DNA of 64,000 bases, taken from Octopus sinensis. Lineage: Eukaryota. The position numbers and the translations under genes were made by a program. Each line of letters starts with the position of its first letter. Within the stretch, counting starts at the first letter, position 1. The notes below the pieces were generated by a model. That model was not told the DNA's origin, searched no databases, and worked only from the letters and a program-made list of their open reading frames with translations. This document shows, piece by piece, positions 40,379 through 53,645 of the stretch. The DNA is taken from NCBI RefSeq assembly GCF_006345805.1, contig NC_043017.1, forward strand, positions 14,570,001 through 14,634,000. The letters run 5' to 3'.

Positions 40379-40658
40379 TGTGGGATGACGTCAGCAGCTG
40401 GGTGCGTTGACCGGAAGTTGGGGCAACCGGAAAGGGCAGCCGTGAGGCGTGCGTAGGGAGCGGGGATTTCGGCCTTTCTAACGAGGGTCGTCGAGGTGTT
40501 AAGACGTGTGAAGACGTTGCTAAGGTTGGGTGAAGCAGCTGCTATCTCTAGCGTTCGGGTCGGGGCTGTGACGAAGGATCCGTTACCACTGAAGGGTCTC
40601 TATCAGAGCGAAGAGAAGGTAGGTGCCTTTATATATCGACTATCTCGCACACACCACA
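40379..40658 (+). mobile_element. Probable 5' LTR of a Gypsy element
   Basis: Bounded by TGTGG...CCACA, GC-rich, 35 bp upstream of gag ATG; no second LTR in window. Confidence 0.6.
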
Positions 40659-40693
40659 AGCTATTTCGGCGTTCCACGTAAGTCGTCACCACG

Positions 40694-41368
40694 ATGTCTG
40701 CGAAAATCAGGATCGCCAGCGACATCATCAGACCCTTTAATGGCGAAGGCGATGTAGTGGCCTGGATGCGTAAAATCAGGCTGGTGGCAAGACTGCAAGG
40801 TATAAGCGATGTGGCAAATCTTATGGCGCTGTATTTAGAAGGGAGCGCGTTAACGCTATACCTTGAGATGGAGGATGAGGAACGCTTGAGCGAGGAAAAA
40901 ATAGAGCAACGATTGCGGGATGCCTACACAGAATGTGAATACACAGCTTTTGCTAAGCTGGGTACGATTCAGTGGACAGGAGGACAGGTGGACGAGTATG
41001 CGGCAGAAGTTAGAAGGTTAGTGACGCTGGCTGGGTTTACGGGAGAAGGGATGGAGAGAACGGCGCGGCTGGCGTTCGTAAATGGGTTCCCCGACGATGT
41101 AGGGATTCACCTACAACGATTGCCCGGGATTAAAAAGATGGCGCTGAGCGAACTGGTGACTCAAGCCCACGTGTTGACGCGACACTCTGGGCGGAAGGCG
41201 ATAGCGGTGGCGGTGACGGAGGTGCGTAAAGACGGACGACGACCGGAGAAAGACGTACAGAAGCGGCCGTTCACAGGTCGGTGTTTTAGATGCCAGGGGT
41301 CGCACTATGTCCATAAGGAACCTATTCGGTTCACCTTGATTATCTCACTTCCATTTCTTAATATATAA
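40694..41368 (+). CDS. gag: Gypsy gag (capsid region and truncated zinc knuckle), 3'-truncated element
   Basis: IIRPFNGEGDVVAWMRKIRLVARLQG...LYLEGSAL...QWTGGQVDEYAAEVRRL...FVNGFPDDV...CFRCQGSH; frame open, last ~20 codons come from unrelated flank. Confidence 0.85.
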   Translation: MSAKIRIASDIIRPFNGEGDVVAWMRKIRLVARLQGISDVANLMALYLEGSALTLYLEMEDEERLSEEKIEQRLRDAYTECEYTAFAKLGTIQWTGGQVDEYAAEVRRLVTLAGFTGEGMERTARLAFVNGFPDDVGIHLQRLPGIKKMALSELVTQAHVLTRHSGRKAIAVAVTEVRKDGRRPEKDVQKRPFTGRCFRCQGSHYVHKEPIRFTLIISLPFLNI

Positions 41369-42130
41369 TTAACCTAAGATATTTTTACCTAACTAATTAA
41401 CCTTAATCTGCGGGTAATAAATATTATTTCCAACAGATCCTATATTTTAATTCATTAATAACAACTCACTATCAATGAAATCTGAATAATTTACTCTTCT
41501 AAATTACCTCTCTTCATATTATTAAATCACCTTCTACTAAACCTACGAATACCTTTCCTCTTTGATTTCTCCTCTTCCATTTTCCCTAGTACATATTTTG
41601 ACTCCTAATATACTCACTTGATTAACAGGACTTTTCCCCCCAGCTAATAAGTATTATGCCTACTCATAATAAGTGGTAGACTTTTCTCTAAATTGAATAA
41701 ATTTTAGATCTATATTTTTTCCTTTAATCCAACGTGTCAAAGTACTCGGAACCTATAGGCTGATTGTTGTGTTGATGTGCATTGGTTTCATAAGGTCTCT
41801 GCATTCTCTGTGAGTGTCATTGTGACCACTTGACATTGACCTAGTTCTAATGCCAAATCTGTTCACCAAATAGTAGTAATTGGCATTGTAGTGTGGCAAT
41901 TCTTTTCTCTACATAAATTTCTTTATATGGAACTCTGACATCTCTTTCACCCCATTTCTATAAATTGAAAATCTTTGTTGTCTTCTTTCATTTGTCCTTT
42001 CCTCTCAGAACCTTACTGTAGTTTGGAGCAACTGAATTTTTGTCAGTCAGTTGATAAGCTCCACTACCTCAAATGTTCTTAAAATTTAAACCACACCTTT
42101 GTCTATATATCTACCTTCTCTATAATGTTA
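41310..42130 (-). mobile_element. Possible old LINE ORF1/ORF2 junction relic
   Basis: Degenerate Cys/His knuckle-like remnants and an LLMN*NIGS segment resembling the APE start; heavily decayed. Confidence 0.25.
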
Positions 42131-42304
42131 CCACTTGATATGAAAATTATGTATTAATGGAAAACCTCTATTAATGGCTGATGAATGCTCAGCATTTTAA
42201 AACTGTTGTAATACTTACAACATTTGATAAAATGATGTTGTGCGAAACGATCGTACCAAATTACCGGAGTTATTCTTGTTGCTTATTTTGATTATATTAC
42301 ATAT

Positions 42305-42336
<32 letters not shown>

Positions 42337-42364
42337 ATATAATATATATATATTATATATATAT

Positions 42365-42655
42365 CACCGTGATCACCGTGACCGACCAGGCTATCAGATG
42401 TTGCTACACATCGCTGGTCACAATGCGCTTCGCATTGCTTTTTAGCCACCCCGCTGGCTAAGCGGCCAACAGAAGAAAGAGTGAGAGAAAGTTGTGGTGA
42501 AAGAGTACAGCAGGGATCGCCACCCCCTGCCAGAGCCTCGTGGAGCTTTAGGTGTTTTCGCTCAATAAACACTCACAACGCCCGGTCTGAGAATCGAAAC
42601 TGCGATCCTACGACCGCGAGTCCGCTGCCCTAACCACTGGGCCATTGCGCCTCTA
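42365..42655 (-). mobile_element. tRNA-derived SINE, family C
   Basis: Minus strand GAGGCGCAATGGCCCAGTGGTTAGGGCAGCGGACTCGCGGTCGTAGGATCGCAGTTTCGATTCTC (A and B boxes) followed by unrelated body and short tandem tail. Confidence 0.85.
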
Positions 42656-42665
42656 CACACACACA

Positions 42666-42748
<83 letters not shown>

Positions 42749-42752
42749 GTAT

Positions 42753-43735
42753 ATGGATCTTTTCTTTTTGAAGGCCAGATTTTCCTAGTTAACTAAAAAA
42801 TTTGAAACTTCGTATACTGGTAGAATGTGTCAAAAGAAAACATTATTGTAAACAAAATTGAAAACGAAATTGTAATTCGTAACTTAAACGTAGTTTAATT
42901 TTAAGAATTTTAACCAATGAAATCGCAGCATTCGAGCTCAAATTATTTACCTCTTCTTCTGTCTTCTACATGTGCTAGAAATAACAGCTATATCTCTTAA
43001 ATCAATTAATTTCGTCGCCCAATAAAAATATTAACGATATCTTTTGAATATTTTCTTTATTTTTTTTTTTACCGAAAAGGCTTCTCCCATGGTTTTGAAG
43101 GGCCAGAAACAACAAAAACAAAACAATAATATGCCTAAATCGGTCTCGAGTTTGCGCGTGGAGTGTTAGTAGTATTGTAAAAATTTGCGAAATACTTTTT
43201 CATAAAAGGATGCCCCCAGCTTGTCGGAAGCTGTGATATAAATTGGGAAAAAAATCCTCGACACCAGTGCGTAATTGGTACTTAATTTATCGACCCCGAA
43301 ACGATGAAACATTGACCACCCCCCTTCTGTGCAAATTTGTTGCGGCAAGTGGCAAAACACGAACGTGTATTTTTGCTTGTGTGCGTATGTGTGTGTATGT
43401 ATATGTCCGTTTGATTGTGTGTGTATGCTTATATATTAATTACTATGAGCTTGTGCAAATGTGCGTGTGTGTGTGTGTGAGTGTCGTGTGTGTCGTGCGT
43501 CTGCTATATTTCTTTATCAATATCGATAACGCAGCAATGTTGGGATTTCATTGGTTAAAATTCGAAGATGTTGGGATTTCATTGGTTAAAATTCGTAAAA
43601 ATTAAACTACGTTTAAGTTACAAATTACAATTTTGTTTACAATAATGTTTTCTTTTGACACATTCTACCAGTATACGAAGTTTCAAATTTTTTAGTTTAC
43701 TAGGAAAATCTGGCCTTCAAAAAGAAAAGATCCAT
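42753..43735. mobile_element. Long-TIR (~180 bp) foldback MITE in TA-rich microsatellite, with internal SINE fragment
   Basis: ATGGATCTTTTCTTTTTGAAGGCCAGATTTTCCTAG... mirrored by ...CTAGGAAAATCTGGCCTTCAAAAAGAAAAGATCCAT; possible GTAT duplication. Confidence 0.85.
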
Positions 43736-43883
43736 GTATATATATATTATATATGTTTGTATATGTATATATATATTATATATGTTTATATATGTATATA
43801 TATATTATATATGTTTATATATGTATATATATTATATATGTATATATAATATATATATGTATATATATATATATATATATAAT

Positions 43884-43934
<51 letters not shown>

Positions 43935-44167
43935 TATATATAATATATATATATAATATATATGTATGTATGTATGTATGTATGTGTATGTATGTATGTA
44001 TTATTGTGAGTTAGTTTGATATAGATGGTGGATGCTAGAAATTTAACTTTTAACGTTTCGAATATGAATCGTTTCTCTCTTTAGAGAGTAAAAACAGATT
44101 GTTGTATAAAGTTGTTTCTGTAGGGGAAAGAGGGAGGGCACAGGTGAAAATTCAGAGGCTGTTGCCG

Positions 44168-44202
<35 letters not shown>

Positions 44203-44905
44203 TAGGGAGAGAGAGAGGGATAGGGAGAGAGAGAGAGAGAGGGGGAGATACAAAGAATATATTGCCAGATTGAGATTATAGGGGCTTTTACCATGGGCAG
44301 AGAGAATATAAAAGCCATCGCTATGGAGAAAGAGTTATTGAATGGGGAGGGGCGAAAAGGGAGGGGAGAGAGAGGGAGAGAAAGAGGATAAGGGGCAGAA
44401 AATATAATGATAAGGGAGTGAATACCATGCGTAATGGAACGTCTTTGATTGTATGTCTACTTAAACAGAGCCGACTTGCGGTTAAACATGAACAAAAAAG
44501 AAACAATTAATAATATCGATGTTATCGTCTTCGAAAGGGAACGTTTCGAGGAAGTGGTAATTGTTATTGTTTAGTCTTAAGCCAGCTTTGGTTTAGTAGA
44601 CTAACAATAAAATATATTCCAGCCATGACTACCATGTCTTTTACTGAAGCATCGTATAATCTAATGTTATCCAACACAAGCTAAGACATTGAAGAAGATT
44701 TAGTCGCAATTTCTAGCAAGTCATGCGTCCACATAAATGCTCCTTCTAAACCCAGTTAATCCTGTTCTTATCGTTTAGCCGGAGACTTTAAACGGTTTGA
44801 AGAGACAAGGACTGAAATAATAGTTATCGATTATCAACTAGATCAATTGATATAATCGAAGTGGATAATTGATCAGAGGACAGCGCGAGGTGTAATAGCA
44901 GAAAC

Positions 44906-44938
44906 TGAAGCGGGGGCAACGACGTTGCCCCCGCTTCA
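44906..44938. other. Perfect GC-rich palindrome (16-bp arms)
   Basis: TGAAGCGGGGGCAACG-A-CGTTGCCCCCGCTTCA. Confidence 0.9.
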
Positions 44939-45511
44939 TATCAAGTGGGGTAGATTATTACTTACAAGTAGTTACTTCATTAATGGTGTGGCCAGAGTGC
45001 GCTGCCCTCCCCTCCAGGGACCACTGCTCCTCTGCAAGCTTATGCAGCAAATATTAGAGGGTCGCTCTCCTCCATAAAAGCGTCGGCCGAGGTGGAGCGC
45101 CCTTGCCTCCTCCCAGTTACGTCATTGCACTTTACGTCAAAACGGGTGGATGCCTATGCACGGTTACCCACTTTACATCAAAGAGAAATTAATGGGACAC
45201 AATTTGCGGAGATTTAATGAAACCTTAACTAAATGAAGAAGTTCGATTTGCAGAGGAAGACATTCAATTAGTAAATCTTGATCTGAAAATCTATCAAGAT
45301 ATCGATCACGCGGCAAAGAAAAATATTAAATCAATTACTGCAAGAGTAAATTTCATTTTTAAATAGAGAAGATTGCCTCATAAATAGATTAGACTTCATT
45401 TTCAAAACTGGTCTCACCTTTCTAAGTTTCATTTTCCTTTTACACATACGTATATGCATGCATATATATTTTATATTTACACATACATACATACATACAT
45501 ACATACATACA

Positions 45512-45577
<66 letters not shown>

Positions 45578-45581
45578 ATAT

Positions 45582-45660
<79 letters not shown>

Positions 45661-47150
45661 ATATATATACATATTATACACCACCATGCACACATGCAAG
45701 CATGCGTACATAAATATGTAGCATATATGTATGCCTAGCAGCTTGTGAGTTAATAAAACCGTGAGAATCTTCGGTAGAATGTCTTGCACTATTTCCCTTG
45801 GTTCCCACTTTCCTGGGTTCGAATAACGCCGTTGTCAACTTTGTCTTTTTATTCAAGGGGTTGATAAATCAAGTGCCAGTTAAGTGCTGTGACCATATTT
45901 TATTTCCCCTTCTCTTTCACTCTGCCAGAAATCGGCTGAGTTTTGACCTAGAGCGGGACGGCGGCCATTTCCTGGCTCAAATGCTCAAGGCATACTGTGT
46001 TTCATAAGGTCGTTCAAAAGTCTTTCCGAGACTGCTTAATCTTTTTGTGAAATAATAGAAAGCCAAATTGTTTGACAGGTGTAACAACACTTAGGAAGTG
46101 TTAAATTCTGGTCGTATGCCCTCGACTTGGTATAAAGCTTTCTATAGTTCTCTACCATATTAATTCAGTGACTTATTTCATAGATCAGCTGTCATATGAC
46201 TTTCTTTCTATCAATCTTTCTATGTCACTCATTACTCCTTAGTCATATGTACATTTAGTACATTGACGTCACAGTTTATTGATTAAACATAACAGTTAAT
46301 TCTTTTACTCGCTGCTCTGGAGGAAGGGACAGGGCTCACAATCTTCAGTGACACCACATCTGATGACGTCATCAACGTTCTTCTTGAACTATAACAAATG
46401 AACATTTGAAGGAAAGGTATGAGAGGAGGGTTTCCAGGGAGGAGATATTTTGGGAAAGTCGGACTAGGCGTTGTGATGGGTGCGGGCCTGGCGGTTGAAC
46501 GAAACATTCGGCTTATTGTCTACACTTATTTCCTTTGTTCTATGAAACAATCTTTCCTCCCCGCCACCCAGTTTTATAGAATTGTAAGGGTGTTCAGTCA
46601 AAAAGTCAACTCCCACAGTTGCTGAAAGTAATAGTCAATAATTGGCATTTCATTTTACATGTCATAATTATTTCTAATTAAAATATTTCAATTTCCTACT
46701 TTATCTATTAATTAACTAATTGTATATATACAGAACTGTTTGTTTCCTTATACTGTTATTTATCTAAATCATCTGAACACTCTTTTTTTCACTTCTGTGT
46801 TTTATCTCTCTCTCCCTTTGTTTCTCTCTCCCTCTGTCTATCTCTCTCTCCTTTTCCCTCTCTCCCCGTCTCTCTCTGTACCCACACCCACCACACAGAC
46901 ATTCAGAGATACTCGTGCGCACATACACGCACACTCACGCGATCTCCTGTTCTCATCCTTGACAAAGGGTATTTCCACCCGAAATTTCAATTTATTAACA
47001 TTTTTTTTGTACACGTTTAATCTTTATTTTTGTTTATATTTTACTTCCACTCATCTGCATTGCTGTGGATTTCGAAATCACCCGAACCCTGGGATTCCGC
47101 AATGCTTCAAGCAACCGAGAACAGTTACACATACATGTGTGTGTGTGTGT

Positions 47151-47200
<50 letters not shown>

Positions 47201-47284
47201 CGCGCATGTACAAGTACTCAAGCACACTTTCATATCAGAATGTCTGCAAATACATATACGAATAACTGAATATATATATATATA

Positions 47285-47339
<55 letters not shown>

Positions 47340-47435
47340 AAGTGTGTGTGTGTGTGTGCGTGTACATGTATGTATGTGTGTACGTACAAAGCAGACGTAT
47401 TCTCACAAGTGTAAATCCATACAAATACAATTACA

Positions 47436-47488
<53 letters not shown>

Positions 47489-49012
47489 TGAGTTTGAAAG
47501 TGTGAAAAGCAGAGAGAGGGGCGAGAGGGATAGAAAGAGACGCAGACAAGGCGAGAGGCAGATAGATAAACAGACAGAGAGGGGGGAGAGAAAGAGAGAA
47601 TTCTAATGAAAAAAATGGTATATGTGAATCATCACATTTACAGATTTCTTCCCCTCCCTCTCCATATTATTATTATTATTATTATAGACGGCAGATTTCT
47701 TTGAATGTTTCACTCTAAGTTCTAAGTTTTGGTGTCATAGCAAAACGGAACGAGGAAAGAACTCAAGAAAAAAACAGTAGCAAAGAGATTGAAAGTATTC
47801 GCAAATAATTCTAATGCAGTTCTGTTGTGTAAAAGATATGTAGAACATTTGAAGGAAGATGACAGTTATTGTTCGTAATATTGCTTTTTTGTTTTGTCTC
47901 TTTGTATAAAGATAGGTCTCTTTGATGAAGCCCCAACTGAAACGGCTCCTTTTTACACCCAGTCACAGCCATTGAAGTCTCACTCTCTCATAAATGCTTT
48001 TACACCATCTTTGCTTTATAGCCTCACTTTCACTCTTCTTCGCACTGTATACACTCCGCCGCTTTTTCATGTTCCTCCTCTGATATATTAAAGCTATGTT
48101 GTTGTCCGGCCGTTCGTATCAATACATCAATATTGATTATCTTTTCAGTTTTACATTTTCCTTCCATTACTATCCACCACGTCACAACATCAACAGCAGC
48201 GGCTACATCATCATCAGCAGCAGCAACACCATCACCGCATACCACCGCGATTGTAGTTTGCAGTATCACTAGCTCTATTGCTGTTACACACACTAAACTA
48301 GCAGGCACGCGCCACTGATAATTGGTCGCCATTTTCTTTTACTACACAACTAGACATATATACCAGCATTCCTTCTGCTGCTACTACTGCGACTACTTCC
48401 GGTTCCAATGATATTCTAACAATGGTTAGCGCGCCAATCATCAATACTAGTTTTTATAGGAACCAACAAAGGAGATTGTAGAAATAGCAGTCAATACTCT
48501 CTCAAATCATTCTCTATTACTGTTTGAAATAAATGGACACAATGTAGTCTTAGATATCTTAGAAAGGACGGGATGGCCATGGACGGATTATTTTCTTGAT
48601 CAAGGCCGACCAGAAGTTAAACAGCAATATCAAGCTAATAAAACAGAAGCTAAATATCCCATAAATGATACCCTAGTGCCTTAAATAAAGAAAGTACGAG
48701 ATGCTGCTGCCCGGCAAAGACCGGATGGCGTTGGGTGATAAAAGATCTCTGAAATGAGCAGATTTGGCGGCGAAACAACAACGACGACGACGACTGCGAC
48801 AACCAGTTTTTATTGGTAGAAATAATGCACGAGTTCTGCTGTTATCTTCTACTGAAGACGCAACAACGATCAGAATTAAAAATGCACGTGCGTACACACA
48901 CACGCACACACACGATATATATAATGCAGAGAGAGAGAGACATATATATATATATATATATCGTGTGTGTGCGTGTGTGTGTACGCACGTGCATCTTTAA
49001 TTCTGATATATA

Positions 49013-49053
<41 letters not shown>

Positions 49054-50164
49054 GAAATATTAAAATAACTAAGTCATCTGACTGCGGCCATGCTAGAGTA
49101 CCGCCTTTACTCGAATGAATCGACCCCAGGACTTATTCTATCGGTCTCTTTTGCCGAACCGCTAAGTTATGGGACGTAAACACACCAACATATATATCTA
49201 CTTTCCTTCGTTATCCCCCCCTTTACCTTTCCACCCCCCCTTTACCTTTCCACCCCCCTCTCTCTCTCTCTCTGCATTCCCTTCCCTAATTCTTCAAGCC
49301 CTCTGTCCCCTACTTCTCTCGTCTCCTTCCACGTGATCGGTGTTCGGCCAAGCATGATCTTTCTTCCTTGGCCCGACCGCCGTCCGTACAGCACCTCTCT
49401 ATTTCCTGTCTCCTGACTTTCATGTTTGTGCCCTAACACTTTCGCTCCACACACGCCAGCTCAACTTGATTTGTCCTTATTAGTCGAAAGACACCTTTTG
49501 TTATTCTCTTATTGTTTGTATTTGTAATCGTGTAATATTTTCTCCGTTTTCTCTTTTTTTTATCGTTGTTGTTGTACACATTCGCTTGCTTTCTTCCAAA
49601 AATTTAATGCTCTTAGCTTAGATTTTGGGGCCAACCAATTTTGAATAGTCTCATGCCGAAACTGTAATGATAATTTGGAAAGTTGACTGATGACTAGAAG
49701 GCCACGAATGACCCGTCCTCGTTTTTTCTTGTCCATCTTTGTATCGTTTATCTGTCCGTATATATTTATGCAAATATATTTTTCAGGACAGCGTCCGGGG
49801 AAAGCCCTCTACACGAGTATTAAAGAACTTCGACTGTCCCAGACAACTCGCCCCAAAGTGATCGAAAATGGTAGATACCGATATTTCGCCATGATTGTGG
49901 CTTATCAATACAACTTAATTGAACGAAGTGAATCGCTTGCCTGGGACTTATGTGCAAGCAAAGTGAAATCTATTTTGATGTGCTGCGGCGTGGCACACGA
50001 GAAAGAAAATTAAATTACGAATTAAAAGCAGCAACGATCATGCAAACATTATTGGTCGCATATACATTGTGTATGTGTTTTATCATACGCCAAATTTTTT
50101 GTAGGACAACGTCCAGGGAAAGCTCACTGCACACATATATAACTATGTGTCTGTGTAAGTGTAA

Positions 50165-50226
<62 letters not shown>

Positions 50227-50559
50227 ATGTATATATAATGTTAAGAGTTGAAACAGCGTCAAAGAATTTGAACCTTAAATATTAAAGAACTGACACTAAA
50301 TACTGCATGGTGTTTTTTTTCGACGCACCGACGGTTCTGCCGATCCTAGTTACGTTTTAAGTCTCCTTTGTTTCTCCTAAACAGAATCAAATCAATAGCA
50401 ATAAATGTCAAATATAGTTGAACAGAAACATGACAATAGATACCAGTTATATATACAGGTTCATACTATACATTGAGGGCTAACTGAGAGTTACTAGGGA
50501 GTTCGATAAAGTGCCTTGTGATAATTAGTTTGGCTTTTTGCTTCCAACAGTTTAAAACC

Positions 50560-51340
50560 CGTCGATGTCAACTTTATCGTAACTTCCTCAGATGAGGGCC
50601 GGATTGCAACATCTGTATCTGTGAAGCGGAGCTCATTCTCCTCCTCCTCCTGTGCACACAGTGCTAAGCACCTGACACTCCTGCATCTCCTCTAGGTATG
50701 TGGACAACATCCTAATGTTTACTTCCTCGCAGGAGGAAGCCATCGTCATGAAAGCAGCCGGTAGGAACCTGTATGTGCGCTACGAGTTCGGTCCTGCCGA
50801 CCAGAGCCTAATTACACGTGTAAGCAACAGATAAAAGTGAGGCAGCTGACGAAGCTGCCAATTCCAAATGGTTCCACAAGATCTTACTAAACAACGGCTC
50901 TCCCCCTATCCTTCGCCAAACAACATCATAGAAGCGATGCTAAAGTTAATAAACGTTACAAGAAGGCTCATCCTCCCATAATTGGCTCGAGCTTCTCAAA
51001 ACTACCCTAATTCGATGAGAGAGCCACTGCTGCAACCCATCTTTACACAGAAGGACTTAACATACAGATGATTCACTTCAGTCCATCCCTGATGAAATTC
51101 CAATCCCAAAATCGTACGACAAACAACATCGCGGAGTACTCACTGTCCTAGTGCCCCATCAAAAACTTTAAAATGTGCTCTTGGGCATATATGTTATATG
51201 AGGTAGTCTGCAGCAAATATGGTTCATCCTATATTGGGAACATCATAAGGAAACATCACATCCATACCAAAGAAAATTTGTGCGCGAACACTCCAGCCCA
51301 TAAACACTTGCATAAGTGCCAGTCCCAGGGCTTTATTGTA
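50560..51340 (+). mobile_element. Penelope-like element relic (RT C-terminus and GIY-YIG endonuclease)
   Basis: GRIATSVSVKR (TSVYxKP-like) and MLYEVVCSKYGSSYIGNIIRKHHIHTKE (GIY-YIG VVYxxxCxxCxxxYIG) in order; decayed. Confidence 0.6.
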
Positions 51341-51737
51341 TCCATCGAATAAAGGAGGCTATCCTATGTGTGGACAATTCTATGCTTGATTTACTTTTCC
51401 CATTTAACATGAGACAAAAAGAGATTCTCCACTGTGCCGTACGACATACTAGAAATAAGAATCAAGCCTTCCTCAAATCTCAGCCCTACACCTGTAAAGA
51501 TTGGGAGAAGTCATGAACCATTACAGTCTCAGGTATACCATTAAATGAAAGGATAATCATTACTGGAACACCTTCGATTATTGGTTTGTTGAATCAAGCC
51601 GAATCTAAACTTAAAAAATGACCACCAGTGTCTATGACCTTTATAGGCCATCTTAGATCAGTGTGAGCAATATTATTAATGTTCGTCTTAAACCTTTGAA
51701 CGTCACCGGTGGAACTGGCTTAAGAGAGAGAGAGAGT

Positions 51738-51796
<59 letters not shown>

Positions 51797-52226
51797 CAGT
51801 TTGTTAGATGACATCGTTGTTGGTGGCTGTTTCCATTATTACATTAGAGATATCGGGAGTGAGTGCAATAGGATTGCGATTGTTCAGAGAAGTTGTCTTT
51901 CTTGGAGAAGGGGCTCTTTACCATTCTCCAGTATCAAAACTGAAGTATTTTACGTCTTGAGGCTACAAATTTTTCATTTTATTTCGTCTCACTTATTTTG
52001 GCCGAGATTAAAATAAAATTCATAGAAATATCAAATTGACAATTAAAGCCAAAATACGAGGAGGCAATAACAAGGAATTTATTTGTATTGAGTTTCACGT
52101 AACCAATCGCGACAGCAAACCTTACAAGAGCATAAAATTATTATTTACTATATTTAACACATACACCTGCAATTTACATAAACACACACGGACACATCTC
52201 TCTCTCTCTCTCTCCCTCTCTCTTTC

Positions 52227-52257
<31 letters not shown>

Positions 52258-53005
52258 ATATATAATATATATATATATTATATATATATATATGATATAT
52301 ATATATACACGCATGTATGTAAGCACATACAAAGGTTTGCATTTTCAATCAATGTCTTCTTGATGAATGACCGGCCGCGACATAATTTTAGTTTTACTCG
52401 GTTTCCATTCGTCTCCTTCTCACCATGTCACATCTCTCTCTCTCTCTCTAAATATTTGTCTTCTCTCTCTCTCTTCGACATCAAAGAGTTTATGGAGAAG
52501 AAGCCAGCCATTAATGCTAGAGTATGGTTCCTTAGCAACGATGACGTGATTCGCTTCCTCCTCACACATCCCATTCTATTTACAATCACATGGCTCTAAA
52601 CTAAACATTGCTATTGGAAATTACGGTTTGTTAAGTATATTAATATAATACACACTTCTCAGTGTGTGTGTGTGGTGTGTGTGTGTGTGTGTGTGTACGC
52701 GAATTGGCTGAGTAAGAACGTAGGACAAATTGCGTCGCGATATTTGTTCCAGTTCTTTATATTGTGAATTCTGAGGTGGCAGACTTGATCCATCTTCCGA
52801 GAGAACATCATTGTTCCTGGGTACCTTAACCCGATTTCTCTATCTTGCCAGCATTTGTGTCGGGTCTCTACCTTAAAGACACCTTCCTACCTTCGTCACC
52901 CCGTCTCGAGCTTACAGGAAATATTGAAAAATTACGGGCAGTACGCGCGCACACACGGACGCTCGCGTATACTAATAATATATATCATGGTGGATTCTTA
53001 GTATC

Positions 53006-53163
53006 CACTAACGTAGCTGGGGTGGGACAGTCTAATTCTTGGCGGCACTTTTGAAGGGGTGGCACTTTTGGGTCTGCTGTAGGCAATATGAGTTTTTTTG
53101 TGGGGTCTAAGGGCAGCAAACAGAAGGGCCTCCCCGGGCGGTACACACTCTAGCTACGCTAGG
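53006..53163. mobile_element. hAT-like MITE (degenerate)
   Basis: CACTAACGTAGCT ... CTAGCTACGCT ends resembling CAGTGGCGTAGCT-type hAT TIRs; TSD not resolved. Confidence 0.45.
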
Positions 53164-53366
53164 GTTGGTATGTAAACCCGAGCATACAATGTTTAAAATG
53201 AAAACCATTTGTTGGAATCGGGTGCATCCAGCCTGGAGGTGTCCTGTTTCAAACTGAAAGATTTAAATTCAAATTAGAGCTCTCCTGGTCTCCATTAACA
53301 ACACTCAAAAGTCCTTTTGCCATCCATCCCTCCATCTATGGATCCTTCACCAAACTTTACACAGTC

Positions 53367-53541
53367 CAGTGCCGTAGCTAAAGTGTGTGCTGTCCGGGGC
53401 AGCCCTTGAAATTGTCACCACCAACCCCGAGTCCGCACAACCTATACAAACTTATTCAACAGAACCAAAAAGTATCGTCCCCAAACAAGCATCGCCTGGG
53501 GACTCCTGCCCCTCATCTGTTCTCCGCAAACTACGCTACTG
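53367..53541. mobile_element. hAT MITE, 175 bp
   Basis: TIRs CAGTGCCGTAGCT / AACTACGCTACTG; 8-bp TSD ACACAGTC / ATACAGTC (one mismatch). Confidence 0.8.
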
Positions 53542-53645
53542 ATACAGTCCTTCTTCCCCGTTATATTACCTCTCTGGAATTATCTTCACCAATTACTGGC
53601 ACACTACTCTTCTCTGTTGCTGATAGTTATATATATATATATATA

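Noticed and set aside
41310-41700. AT-rich segment resembling mitochondrial DNA (possible numt)
   Set aside because: No open frame in the invertebrate mitochondrial code and no convincing mitochondrial gene motif; weak LINE-relic reading is at least as good.
42585-42655. tRNA gene
   Set aside because: tRNA-like head of a SINE; lacks a matching acceptor stem and runs straight into the SINE body. The same applies to other SINE heads.
45930-46150. Tc1/mariner transposase end (RDGGHF)
   Set aside because: Too short and degenerate, with no TIR found, to support as a feature.
47050-47125. LHCCGFRN tetraspanin-like motif
   Set aside because: No usable splice sites or neighbouring exons; short chance match between microsatellites.
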